This document shows positions 29,207-41,592 of a stretch of DNA of 64,000 nucleotides, piece by piece. Under the pieces are notes generated by a model. That model searched no databases, was not told the origin of the DNA, and worked only from the letters and a program-made list of their open reading frames with translations. The DNA comes from the human T2T-CHM13v2.0 reference genome, Homo sapiens, in assembly GCF_009914755.1 (NCBI RefSeq), contig NC_060925.1, one strand, 5' to 3'. The position numbers and the translations under genes were made by a program. How positions within the stretch are numbered: the first letter of the stretch is position 1; every line of letters starts with the position of its first letter.

Positions 29207-31060
29207 AAACTTAGATTATAAGAGTGACATCGGAAACATGGCAGAATAGGAATTCTCCAGCTTCACTTACTCCCTACCCCCTCCCCAGTGGCCCCCAAAT
29301 CAAACAAGCAACTACCCACAAGCAAGAATACTACTATGAATAGCTTAGAATTCGGGAGTGAGACTCAGACACTCCCTTGGGCTACAGAGTAAAAACCTAT
29401 GATTGAACAGCAAGAGAATGAGTTTCTTTGACCATGCCATCACTACCTCAATCCTGCAGAGCTCTACAGAGGATTCCCCTGGACCCATGGTTTCTACAGT
29501 GGGAAAAGTGAGTTGGAAGCAGATATCCATCTTCTCCACCATTCTGGGAACCTTTACAGGAGGTTTACTTCAGTCTTGTCCCACAGGAAACATTGGGAAT
29601 CTGGCAGGGCCAGGCCACCTGGGTTCAGTTAGAAACAAAGAACATGGGTGGGACTCACATTGACAAAACAGAGATATTGGTGGTTCCTCTGTATTCCAGC
29701 CAACAGAGGTGCCACACCAGAGAAGCCAGCCACAGTATTATGCTGCAGGAAACATGTTCCATGGGTTTTCTAGGGTCAAATCCCTATCCATCTTCTCCAC
29801 ACAGCCCAGGTGCTCTTCCATAGGTCATGAGGCAACTGTAGGTCTGTGATTTCCCATGGGTGGAACATCTGGTCTTGCCCAATGTCCAATCTTAATGACA
29901 GAAAAATAACCCAGCTAAGTTCTGGTGCTCACGTTAGTTCAGCCCAGATTGGAAAGCAATTGCAGGTCAACAGTTACTCACAGAGTGAACATCTGGCTCT
30001 GTCCAAATCTACTGAAGGAGAAGTGATCCAAGTAAGCACATATGATCTTGTTAAGTCTTCCCAAAGCCAGAAGGCAACTGCAGGTCCGTGATTACCCATG
30101 AAGGGAGCATCTGGCCCTGCTCAACCCAAGCTGCAGAGCAATGACTCCACAAAACCTTGGTGTTCTGCTTAAGCCTACCCTAGGTCAGAAGGCAAGCCCA
30201 AGTCTAAACATATCTGTGGAGAATGGCCTCTCGTCTTGGCCATCTTGTATGGCTGAACAGCAACATCAGAGACCTCATCCAGCCTTGGAACCCATCACAC
30301 AGCCTTGCGCAAGTATAGATATAAAATAACAGTACCATTAAGCCAGGGAAAGCAACCCATAGCCCCGCCTGATCAAAGACCATTGCAGAGTCCAGCCAGC
30401 AGTCCCACCTGATGGTAGAGTACAGGCAGTGGTCTCAATGGACCATAGAGCAGCCAGCCATACCATTTGACTTGATTATAGGAAGTGACCCAGCCCAACT
30501 AGAGAACTTGACACCAAGGCCTGCATGTCTGGGATTGCTACCAGCTGGTCCATCCAGAATCCCAAGGTAGACTAAATTGTAAACATCTATTACCAACAAA
30601 GAACACCTGCAAAGGCCAAAAGAGGTAGCCATCCCCTCAAATGCAGGGGTATAAAAATAAAAACACAAGAATTATGAAAAATCAGGGAAATATGACATCA
30701 CCAAAAGAAACTAATAAAGCTTATTAATCTGCCAAGAAGAAATGGAGATCTATAAAATTACTGACAAATAATTTACAATAAATGTCTTAAAGAACTTCAG
30801 GGAACTACAAGAAAATATGGGTAGAAAATTAAATAAAACTTGCAAAATGATTCATGAACAATAGTTTGACATAGAAATAAAAAGAATAATTATAAGAAAA
30901 GCAAACAAATATAAATCATAGATATAAATAATACAATAACCTGAAAATTCAATAGAAAGCTTCAGCTGCAAACTTAATCAAACAGAATAAAAAAATCAAT
31001 GAGTTTGAAGACAGGAGATTTTAAATTATACAATCAGAGAAGCAAAAAGAAAAAGGAGTA

Positions 31061-31663
<603 letters not shown>

Positions 31664-33150
31664 CTACAGGAATTATGGGACACCATCACAAATTAACCTT
31701 CTCGTAATAAGAATTAATGAAGGAAAAGAGAGAAGAAAAGGCCTAGAAAACATATTTTTATAAATAATAGTTGAAAATTTCCCAAATTTGGGGAAAGATG
31801 ACATCAAGAAACAGGAAGCTCAGAGATCACCAATCAAATTCAACATAAAGAGGAGTTCACCAGATATATCACAAACAAATTATAAAAAATTAAAGACAAT
31901 GAATACTTAAAGTAGCAAGGCAAAGGAAACATATCGCATTCAAAGCAGCCCTAATTTGGTTTTCGGGAGATTTCTCAGGAGAAACCCTACAGGCCTGGAG
32001 AGAGGGGAATCATATATTCAAAATGCTGAAAAAAATATTTTACCAAGCAACACTGCCCTTCAGAAATGAGGGAGAAATAAAACTTTCACAGACCATCTAA
32101 ACCTAAGGGAGTCCGTGACCACTAGGCCTGTTTTACAGGAATAGCTAAGGGTAGTTCTTCAAGCTGAAATGAAAGGCTGCTAATTAATAACAAAAACATA
32201 TAAAAGTAAACAAGTCAATAGTGTAAGTAATACATAGTAACACTCAGAATTCTCTAATACTCAAGAGTTGCGTATAAAGAAATTTTATCCCTATTAGGAA
32301 AAATAAGAGACAAAATTTTTAAAAACAGCTATAGTTACAACACATTTTAAGAGATACAAATCACAAAAAAGTAAAATTTGACATCAAAATCACATAAGAT
32401 TGGGGGGGAGGGAGTGAACATGTAGAACTTTAGGTGATTAAAGTGAAGTTGTTGTCAGCTTATGGTAGCCTGTTTTGAGGATATATAAGCCTCATTTTTA
32501 CCACAGAGAAAAAAACCTATAGTAGTTGCACAAAATATAAAAAGGATTCAAAGCAAACCACCACAGGAAACCATCAAACCACAAAGAAAGAGAGCAAGAG
32601 AGGATGAAAGAAACAAAAGACGCAGAAAACAGTCAGAAAACAAAATACAAAATGATGGTAGCAGGTCCTTACATATCAATAATTACTGTGAATGTAAATT
32701 GATTAAATTTTCTAACAAAAAGATGTAGAGTGGCTGAATGGATTAAAAGCAATATCTAATCATATGCAATTTACAAGAGATTCACTTTACTAATAAAGAT
32801 ACATATAAGAATGAACATGAAGAAATGGAAAAAGATGTTCCACATAATTGGAAACTGAAAGAGAAGAGAGGTAACTATATTTACACCACACAAAATAGAC
32901 TGTCAAAAACTATAAAAAGAGAAAAAGAAGGTCCTTATATAATGATAAAGGGGTTAATTCACCAAGAAGACATAATAATTGTAAATATATGTGTACCCAA
33001 TAGTGGAGCACCTAAATATATACAACAAATAAAATCAACATGTTGAGATACATGCATTCCCATGTTCATTGCAAGATTGTTCACAATGGCCAAGATATGA
33101 GAAGGACATAAATGTTCATCAGTGTATAAATTGATAAAGAAAATGTGACA

Positions 33151-33503
33151 TAGTCACATTTTTAACTTACCAACAGAGATACATTCTGAGAAATGTGGTG
33201 TTAGGTAATTTCATTGTTATGCAAACATCATAGAGTGTATTTATACCTAGAAAGTATAGCCTACTACACACCTAGGATGTGTAGTATAGTCTATACCTCC
33301 TTGGCTACAAACCTTTAGAGCATGTTACTATACTGAATACTTTAGGCAATTGTAACAAAATGGTAAGTATTTGTGTATCTAATTACATCTCACTATAGAA
33401 AAGTTACAGCACAAAAAAAACTAATACACAAACTAATCTTATGGGACCACAATCTTATATGTGGTCTGTCCTGATCAAAACATCATTATGCAGTACATGA
33501 CTA
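33151..33503 (+). mobile_element. Tigger3a (MER7A) MITE inside L1MA
   Basis: ATACATTCTGAGAAATG...CATCATAGAGTGTA...GCCTACTACACACCTAGG...ATCTTATGGGACCAC...CATGACT. Confidence 0.85.
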
Positions 33504-34765
33504 TATTTACAAAATGGAATATTATTAAGCCTTAAAAAAAGAAGTCTTGTCATTTGCAACAAGATGGATGAAGCTGGAGGACACTATGTGCTAAGTGAAA
33601 TAAGCTAGGCACAGAAAAACAAATACTACATGATCTCACTTATATGTGGAATCAAATAAAGTTTAATTTATGAAGTAGAGAGTAGAACAATGGTTGCCAG
33701 AGGCTGAGAGTGTAGGGAAGGAGAGAATGAGAAGTTGTTATTAATCAAAGCCTACAAAGTTTTGAAGAAACAAGAGAAATAGGTTTTGAGATCTAATGCA
33801 CAGCAAGATGACTATAGTCAATAATAATGTATTACATATTTCAAATAAGAGTGAATTTAAAATGTCTCACTATAAGAATGACAGGCAAATTAGGTGATAA
33901 ATATGTTAACTAATTTGATTAAATCATTCTACACTGTACATGTATATCAAAGCAATACATTGTACCCCATAAATATATACCGTTAATATTTGTCAATCAA
34001 AAATAATATTAATAATAGTTAAAAATAAAGATAATGAACACTAGGAAAGAAATATGAGGCAAAGAGAAAATAATGTTAGAGGCATCACAGGAACTAGGAA
34101 TGAGGCTATTAAAACACACACACACACACGTTGAAACACCCTTTAAAGTTGGGTAAATTATTGTCTAAAATCACATTTCCAAGTTGTCAGATTGCTACAC
34201 CTCAAATGGGAACAAAGACACTACTGCTATGTATTAGTTTATATTGCTGAGTAACAAATCATCTCAGATTTAGCAGCTAAAAAACACATATTTATTATCT
34301 TAGAGTTTCCATAGGTCAGGAGCCTGAACACAGCTCAGTTGGTGCTCAGGATCTTACACAGCTATAATAAAGGTGCTGGCAAGGCTGCATTCTTGTCTGG
34401 AGGCCAAACGGGTAGAATTCATCTCCAAGCTAGTTCAGGTTGTTGTCAGAATTAATTTTCTTGCAGCCGTATGACTGAGGGCCCCAGAATTTTGCTGGCT
34501 ATTGGCTGGTAGTTGCCATTAGGTCCTAGAGGTCATCTACAGTTATTTGACACATGGCTGGTTACTTCATGAAGGCTATGAGGGGAGTTTCTCTTCCTAG
34601 AAAAAGCCCAGTCTTCCTTTTAATGGATTAGGTCTGATTAACACAGTGTCATCCAGAGTAATTTTCCCTTTGATTAAATGAAAATCAACTGATTTGGGAC
34701 TTAATTACATCCACAAGACCCCATCACCTTTGTCATATTCTACTGGCTAGAGACATGTCACAGGT

Positions 34766-35146
34766 TGTTATGGGCTGAGTTCTGTCCTTCCCAAAATTCA
34801 TGTTGAAGCTCTAACACACAGTACCTCAGAATGTGACTAAATTTGGAGATAGTGCCTTTAGAGAGGTAAGTAAGTTTAAATGAGTTTATTATGGTGGGCT
34901 CTAATCCAATATGACTGGTCTCCTTATAAGAAGAGGAGATGAGGCACAGCCATATATAGAAGAAAAACCCTGTGAAGACACAAGAAGATGGGTATTAATA
35001 ACCCAAGAAGAGAGGTCTCAGAAGAAATTAACCTTGCCAACACTTTGATCTCAGATCTCAAGCCTTCAGGACTGAGAAAATTAATTTTTTTGTTTAAATT
35101 ATCCATTCTATGGTACTTTGGTACTGCAGCCTGGCAAACTAATATG
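34766..35146 (+). mobile_element. MLT1B solo LTR
   Basis: TGTTATGGGCTGA...CTCAGAATGTGACT...CTAATCCAATATGACTGG...AAACTAATA; TSD CAGGT. Confidence 0.85.
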
Positions 35147-35150
35147 CAGG

Positions 35151-35507
35151 TGTATTAGTCTGTTCTCACCTTGTTCATAAAGACATACCTGGGACTGGGT
35201 AATTTATAAAGGAAAGAGGTTTAATTGACTCACAATTCCACATGGCTGGGGAGACCTCAAAATCATGGAAGAAAGTGAAGGGGTAGCAAGACATGTCTTA
35301 TGTGGCACCAGGAAAGACAGAGCTTGTGCAGGAGAACTCCCATTTATAAAACAATCAGACATCATGAGATTCATTCACTACCACGAGAACAGTATGGGGG
35401 AAACCACCCCCATGATTCAATTATCACCACCTGGCCCCACCCTTGACATGTGGGGGTTATTACAATTAAAGGTGAGATTTGGGTGGGGACACAGCTAAAC
35501 TATATCA
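35151..35507 (-). mobile_element. THE1 (C/D-like) solo LTR
   Basis: TGTATTAGTCTGTTCTCAC...GGTGGGGACACAGCTAAACTATATCA; TSD GCAGG/GCAGG. Confidence 0.9.
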
Positions 35508-35699
35508 GCAGGTCCAGCCCAAACACAAGGCCTGAAGGGTTCTATAGGGCATGAACACCAGGGGGCAGGAATCATGTGAGCCGCCTGGGACCTGCTATCT
35601 ATGAGGTAGAACCCCAAACAGCTTTATCTGGAGAAGAAGGATGTAGACATTCTCAATATTTGTCAATTTTAGGGTTTCCTTGATTTACTTGTCTACCGC

Positions 35700-36012
35700 T
35701 TAAAAGCCAATGAAATATGAGCAAAAGTATGCAGTATCACTTCCAGGATGAGCCATGTAATGATAGTGCTTAATTCTCTAGCTCTTCTTTCCCTTACCAT
35801 GGAGTCCCTCAAACTTCTTTCTGCAGTGGTAGCATCCTAAAGTGGTGAACTCCATCAGCCTTGGGCCCTGAACAGTTATCATGAGCAAAGTCTTCCTTAC
35901 CAAATCAAGCTAAATATGTGCCATGAGCAATAAATTAGCTTATGTTATTTTAAGTGACTGAGATTTTGGAGTTGTTTATTACAACATTATAATCTAGCTT
36001 AACCTGATAAAT
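35700..36012 (+). mobile_element. MLT1H/I-like LTR fragment
   Basis: GCCAATGAAATATGAGCAAAAG...TTAAGTGACTGAGATTTTGGAGTTGTTTATTAC. Confidence 0.6.
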
Positions 36013-37114
36013 GAATGAGATAAAGTCATATACCATTAATAAACTTGAGCAATTATAATGACTAAACAGTGAAAACAAAGTACTTTTTTATATTTCTACA
36101 AAATTGTGAAGGGAAGTGGCTGCTTCTGTAACATCCAACAAATTGCTATCAGAAGTTTGTATAACAACTGAGATTGGTGAAATAATAATCTGGAGTTCAG
36201 ATGAGAATAAGACATACCCCCAAAATACTTCCTCTGATAAACAGTTTATATAAACAAACAAATCCTCTGAGTCATCAGTTCCTATGATAGCATTGCATTT
36301 AACACTCTAATATTGTGGAAGAATAGAACTAGATACTACAGTCTTAGAAAATTCACTAGAGCTTTGAAATGAATGATCCTCAAGGTGAATTAAAATTCTG
36401 TACCATATTGCTTCAAGCCTTGATTTTTATTTCACTTTTTTGTTTCACTCTCAAGTGTCTTGAATCTTTCTTTTTTCATTTTTCTACAGTGGTTTTTGTC
36501 TAAATAGAATACTGAGAAAATAAATATTTAATTGTTTTTTCCTGGTTTGAGATCAAGAAAAATGAAGTTGAGGAGGACTTACAAGGGTGTGCCTTTTGTA
36601 TAACTGTAAAAAGGAGTTGCAGTGAGGCACAGGTGAAGCAATGAGAAAGAAATGAAGGAGTGAGATGGAAAAAGCCTTTGCAATGAGATTAATTTTTAAT
36701 TCCTAACTACCATCCATGAATGAAAGCAGACAGACCCGTTCTATGGAGTCATCTTTGCCTTTCTGTGCAGTGCAGTCTTCAGATAAATGTGTTCAGGTGG
36801 CAATACTTTAGCTTAAATAAAAGGGAGGGTGTCTATCTTGTCTAATGGAAGGGAAGTCTTGCAATTTATCCCATTTTGGCAAATGACATAATAATGTGTC
36901 AAATTCTGTAGCCTATCCCCTTTGTGAGAAGCAGTTCACGTTCTCATTCCAGTCCATCATACCCACTGAAGAGTCCCCTGGAAATGTTAATGCCACCTGG
37001 AAAAGATCAATCTATTTTGGTTAGGAGGCTATGAGAAAGAAGAGAGATATGGGGAAGCATGGAGAAGAAAGAATATAGATTAGACAGCCTGTTTCCTCTG
37101 CTAATACTTCTCTT

Positions 37115-37217
37115 CTCTCTATATATATATAATATAAATATATATATACAAACACATTTCATGTGTGTATATATATACATATACACATTTTGTACGTGTC
37201 TGTGTACATATATATAA
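37115..37217. repeat. TA/TG/CA low-complexity tract
   Basis: Visible directly. Confidence 0.8.
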
Positions 37218-37908
37218 TCAATTAGCAGAGAATCAAGCCAGTAAGTATTCTTGTTACTATGGAGACCAAAGTGGAGCCTGGGGAAAATAAAAATTTTGAT
37301 TTTTGAATGTTTACATTTTGCAACCATTCTTGAATTTTTAAAAATTTCTTAAATACTTTAATTAGAAGCATTTAACACCTACTGTGAAATGGGTTTGATT
37401 AAGTCTAGACAAGCGCAGAATTTTTAATGTGTCTCTTTGTTACCCCACAGATGTACAGATGTGTCTACCATTTTGAAAAGAAGTTCTGAAAGTACATATT
37501 CCACTTCCTGAACACTGAAAAGAAGTACAGTATTTTACTCCATTTGAGCATATTTATATTCTTAAAGTTTGAGTAAACAAATGAGAAGTGAAACCAAGGA
37601 GAAAGCTAAGGGGAAAAACGGCAATAAATTACTTCTGTGTGTGATAACTCTGCATATTTGAAGGTTTGTATGTGTACATGTGGACTACTTTACCCTTAGT
37701 AGAAGAGAAACATACAATGGAAATTGTCATTTTACATCTTAAAAATAACCTGGAAATTGAAAACAAGTTTTTAAATTGCTTGCTTAAATGTAGGATGATT
37801 AATTTTAGCTTCAGTAATTTTCAAGCATTCTTTTAGATAAACTGCTTTTTAAACTTTGAACTATAAACCATTATCTTTAGGAAGTCAGATGAAGCACAAT
37901 TCATGAAT

Positions 37909-37987
37909 GATATTCAGGATTGATGGATGATTCAGGATTCAGCAATTCAGGATGATATTCAGAATATTCAGGAAAATATTCAGGATT
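37909..37987. repeat. Degenerate ATTCAG(G) short tandem repeat, 7 copies
   Basis: ATTCAG at 37912, 37930, 37937, 37945, 37957, 37966, 37978. Confidence 0.85.
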
Positions 37988-38199
37988 ACTGTCATATGCA
38001 TGAAAAGGAATAATAGGATTCTGGTAGTATTAATACCAAGGTTTGTAAGAATGTTCAAACATGGCTGTCAATGTCAATGTCAAGGACAGAATCCTTCTGT
38101 TTTCCCAACTCCTATTTGCAATTCATTTCAATTAGTCCTTTTGATTTTTAACATTTAATTTTGTTCACATGTATCTGCATTTTTCACCTCTATTCCTGT

Positions 38200-38770
38200 C
38201 CTTTTCTATCATCTCATCCCTACCCCACTGCACTTGCCCCCAAACAGTCTCCATGCCTTTATCATTACCCACCTATAATCCATTTCTCATATTTTGATAG
38301 GGTACTACTTACAAGACATAAATTCAATTGGATCAGTTGATCAGTTTCACACTTAGAATACTTCAAGGGGTCATCCTTAGCACAAAGAGCAATATGCATA
38401 ATAAGGCTTAAGAGTTCCTGCAGGATCTGGTTCCTGCTCCTCCTCCCCAACCCTTCTGTCTTGCTTTCTTCTTGTACCTCTGTAGGTTCTCCATCTTACA
38501 GCCTCTTGGGCTGATTTTCTCTTCAAATGATATATCATATTTCTTCCTGTCTTGAGGACTTTGCACTTGCTGTTCCATGTGTGTGAAGTGTTCTTCTTCT
38601 ATTTTCCTGCATACCTGCCATACATCCTTCAAGTCTCATCCCAAATGTCAATTCTACAGAGTCCATGAAACCACTTCATAGACCCCAGAAAAGACCTATT
38701 GTACACTTGCATGACACTTTATACTTTTTCTTTATAGTACCTTTATATTGTAATTATAAATTGTGCTATT
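38200..38770 (+). mobile_element. L2 fragment
   Basis: GAGGACTTTGCACTTGCTGTTCC...ATCCTTCAAGTCTCATCCCAAATGTCA. Confidence 0.7.
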
Positions 38771-39255
38771 ATGAATGTTCACAGTCACAAAGTACAAATG
38801 TGTACAAAGACATAATTTCCTTCACTTCTGTCCAACAGGATTTAGCTCCTGGGATTCCATTTGTGGTGCAATTAAAGCTTGCTACAATCTTCTTACAACT
38901 TTTTTAGTCCCTTTCACAAAAGTACTATTCTTTCAACTTAAGGGCCTTCTCTCCCCCATCTCTTCCCTTTTCCCGGGAGGAAATGAGTTCTTGGATCTGA
39001 GAGGTAAAGGGATACCTTATTCACAATGGTTCTCTCTAACCTGTGCTGAGATCAATTTGTTCCTACTTATGCTGGAATTCATTGCTGCTACTCCTGATCC
39101 TGCAATAATCTCTTATTGGGACATCCATGCTGTCTGTGCTTTTTCAGTCCTACCCTGGAGACCTACCGGACTGATTTTAGGACTTGATTTTCTTTTGGTT
39201 GGCAAGGGCTGGGAGTGAGGAAGATTGCTTTCAAACTTAGTTGATTTTCTATTTC

Positions 39256-39605
39256 TGCTACGGTCAATGTTGGTGCCCCCACAAAATATATCAAAATCCT
39301 AACCATTAAGGTGATGGTATTAGGAAGTAAGGCCTTTGGGAGGTGATTATGTCATGGGGTGGAGCCCATATGAATGAGATTTGTTCCCTTATTAAAGAAG
39401 AGAAATCCCCTCTCAATCCTTCCAACATTCGAGGACACAGTGATAAAGTACCATCTATGAACTAGGAAGTGGGTCCATTCCAGACATTGAATCTGTCTTG
39501 ATCTTGGAATTTACAGCCTCCAGAATAGTGAGAAATACACTTCCATTGTTTATAAGCTATCCAGTCTGTGGTATATCATTAAAGCAACCAGAATGGACTA
39601 AGACA
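39256..39605 (+). mobile_element. MLT1A0 solo LTR
   Basis: GGTATTAGGAAGTAAGGCCTTTGGGAGGTGATTA...CAGCCTCCAGAATAGTGAGAAATA...GGACTAAGACA; TSD ATTTC/ATATC. Confidence 0.85.
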
Positions 39606-40414
39606 ATATCCCACTAGAGTCTGCTGCACTCTGTGAGGCTGCCTGCAGGCCCATTATCCTAGACATCTTACTCAGCCACAGGATTGTGGTGCCATGTAGA
39701 ATCTGGCTTTCCTGTAAGTCTTGCCTTCTTCCCAGGATGCAACAAAGGCAGGGAGATCATGCTCTAATCTAATTTTCTGTGGTTTTGCCTCAGAGGAAGC
39801 AGAGTCATGGGGCCCTTTCTGTGCAATCCATAATAACCACAGGGTTACTCTTTTGCTCTCTCCTTCAGTTCTGAAGCTCCTATTTCCAGGCAAAAAAAGT
39901 GGAAATATTTCTTATTAAATGCTTTTCGTCTGAGATGAGAAAAGATCGGGTGCATATAGGGTGGTATGGCCATCAACTTCATTGAATGCCATTCTAATAG
40001 AAAGTTATGGATAAACTTTGTGCCCATCTCCTTAATATATTGCCTACTCTTGATATTCAGAGTAAAGCTTTCATTTTAAGCCTCTTCTCATTGGCTTTCA
40101 AGGCAATTATTCCTGTAATTAGCTTTTAAAAAAGCCATTCAGACACTCAGCTTACTATTTTTTTTCAAGCTGATTAATCCTCTCCTGGGACAAAAAGGAT
40201 AATTTTGAGAAAAAAAAATCAACTTGGTTGTTTATCAAAATATTATCTTTCCACATATGGTTGATTTTTGAGTCTTCTATAGAATTTCAAGCTCTCCAAG
40301 ATCAATAGTCAGGTTTTTGTTATACTATTGTATCTCCTAGTTCACATTAGTGTATTTTATTAATAAGCATTTTTGAAGAAATGAATATACAAATAAGTGT
40401 CAACCAAGAAGAGG

Positions 40415-40850
40415 TGAAAGAACAGACTGCAAATGAGTAAGACAATTGGGGTGTTAGGAATTGCAATTTGGGAGACACAGATCTGTCTGGAAGCCAAATT
40501 GTGTTCTGAAGAGAGGGAGTGGGGCAGGGATTTTTAAAAGGAAGCAGAGGGTGATTACATAAGTTATTTTGAAATAATTATTATTGACAAAGGCAACTGG
40601 CTTAAACACAAGTCCATAGTTCATTGGTTTTTGCTATTCAAGACTTGCAGCACTGGTGAAATTCAGCTATTTTTCAGGATGTTGGGGTTGTGGCAGTTTG
40701 GTTCAGTCAAATGGTTCAACCAAGTTACTGTTTTTTGGTTTTTTTTTTCAAGGTTGCAGGTTGTGCAGGCAGTCTTTCTTAGAATGACTACACCCAAATC
40801 CATTTTAGAAGTCTGAACCAGAATGACACCATTCTGTATATCATATTTCA
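40415..40850 (-). mobile_element. ERV1 solo LTR (MER31/MER67-group-like)
   Basis: TG...CA termini; GGAATTGCAATTTGGGAGACACAGAT; CCATTTTAG...ATATTTCA end. Confidence 0.55.
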
Positions 40851-41223
40851 TACAGAAATCACAGCAAAGGGAAACAAATTCATAGTTCACTGTTGGTAGG
40901 TTGAATCCAATCTTCCAAGTAGAAATATTGTAAACTCTATTAGAGTGGGTTGTTTGACTTGGGGGCAACCTATTTCTACCACCTATCCTAATATTAGAAT
41001 CTTACGTAACCTTAGGCTTGTTTTCAGGGGAAAAGGCCATGGTCTTCTTTAGTCTTTATCTGCATAGAAAGAAGAAAGAGATAAGAACATGTATGTCAAC
41101 AGGGAAAAACTTATAAGATACAGAAAGGGTACAGGAGACAGACAATATCAGAGGCATGGCTGAGCTTCCTTGCAAATAAAAAAAAGGTCATGGGTCATTT
41201 TGTTGCAATGACTGTGTGGATAA

Positions 41224-41592
<369 letters not shown>

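Larger units (their letters stand above)
34230..35603 (-). mobile_element. MLT1E/D-like LTR hosting MLT1B and THE1
   Basis: TGTATTAGTTTATATTGCTGAGTAACAAAT...AATCAACTGATTTGGGACTTAATTACATC; resumes at 35513. Confidence 0.75.
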
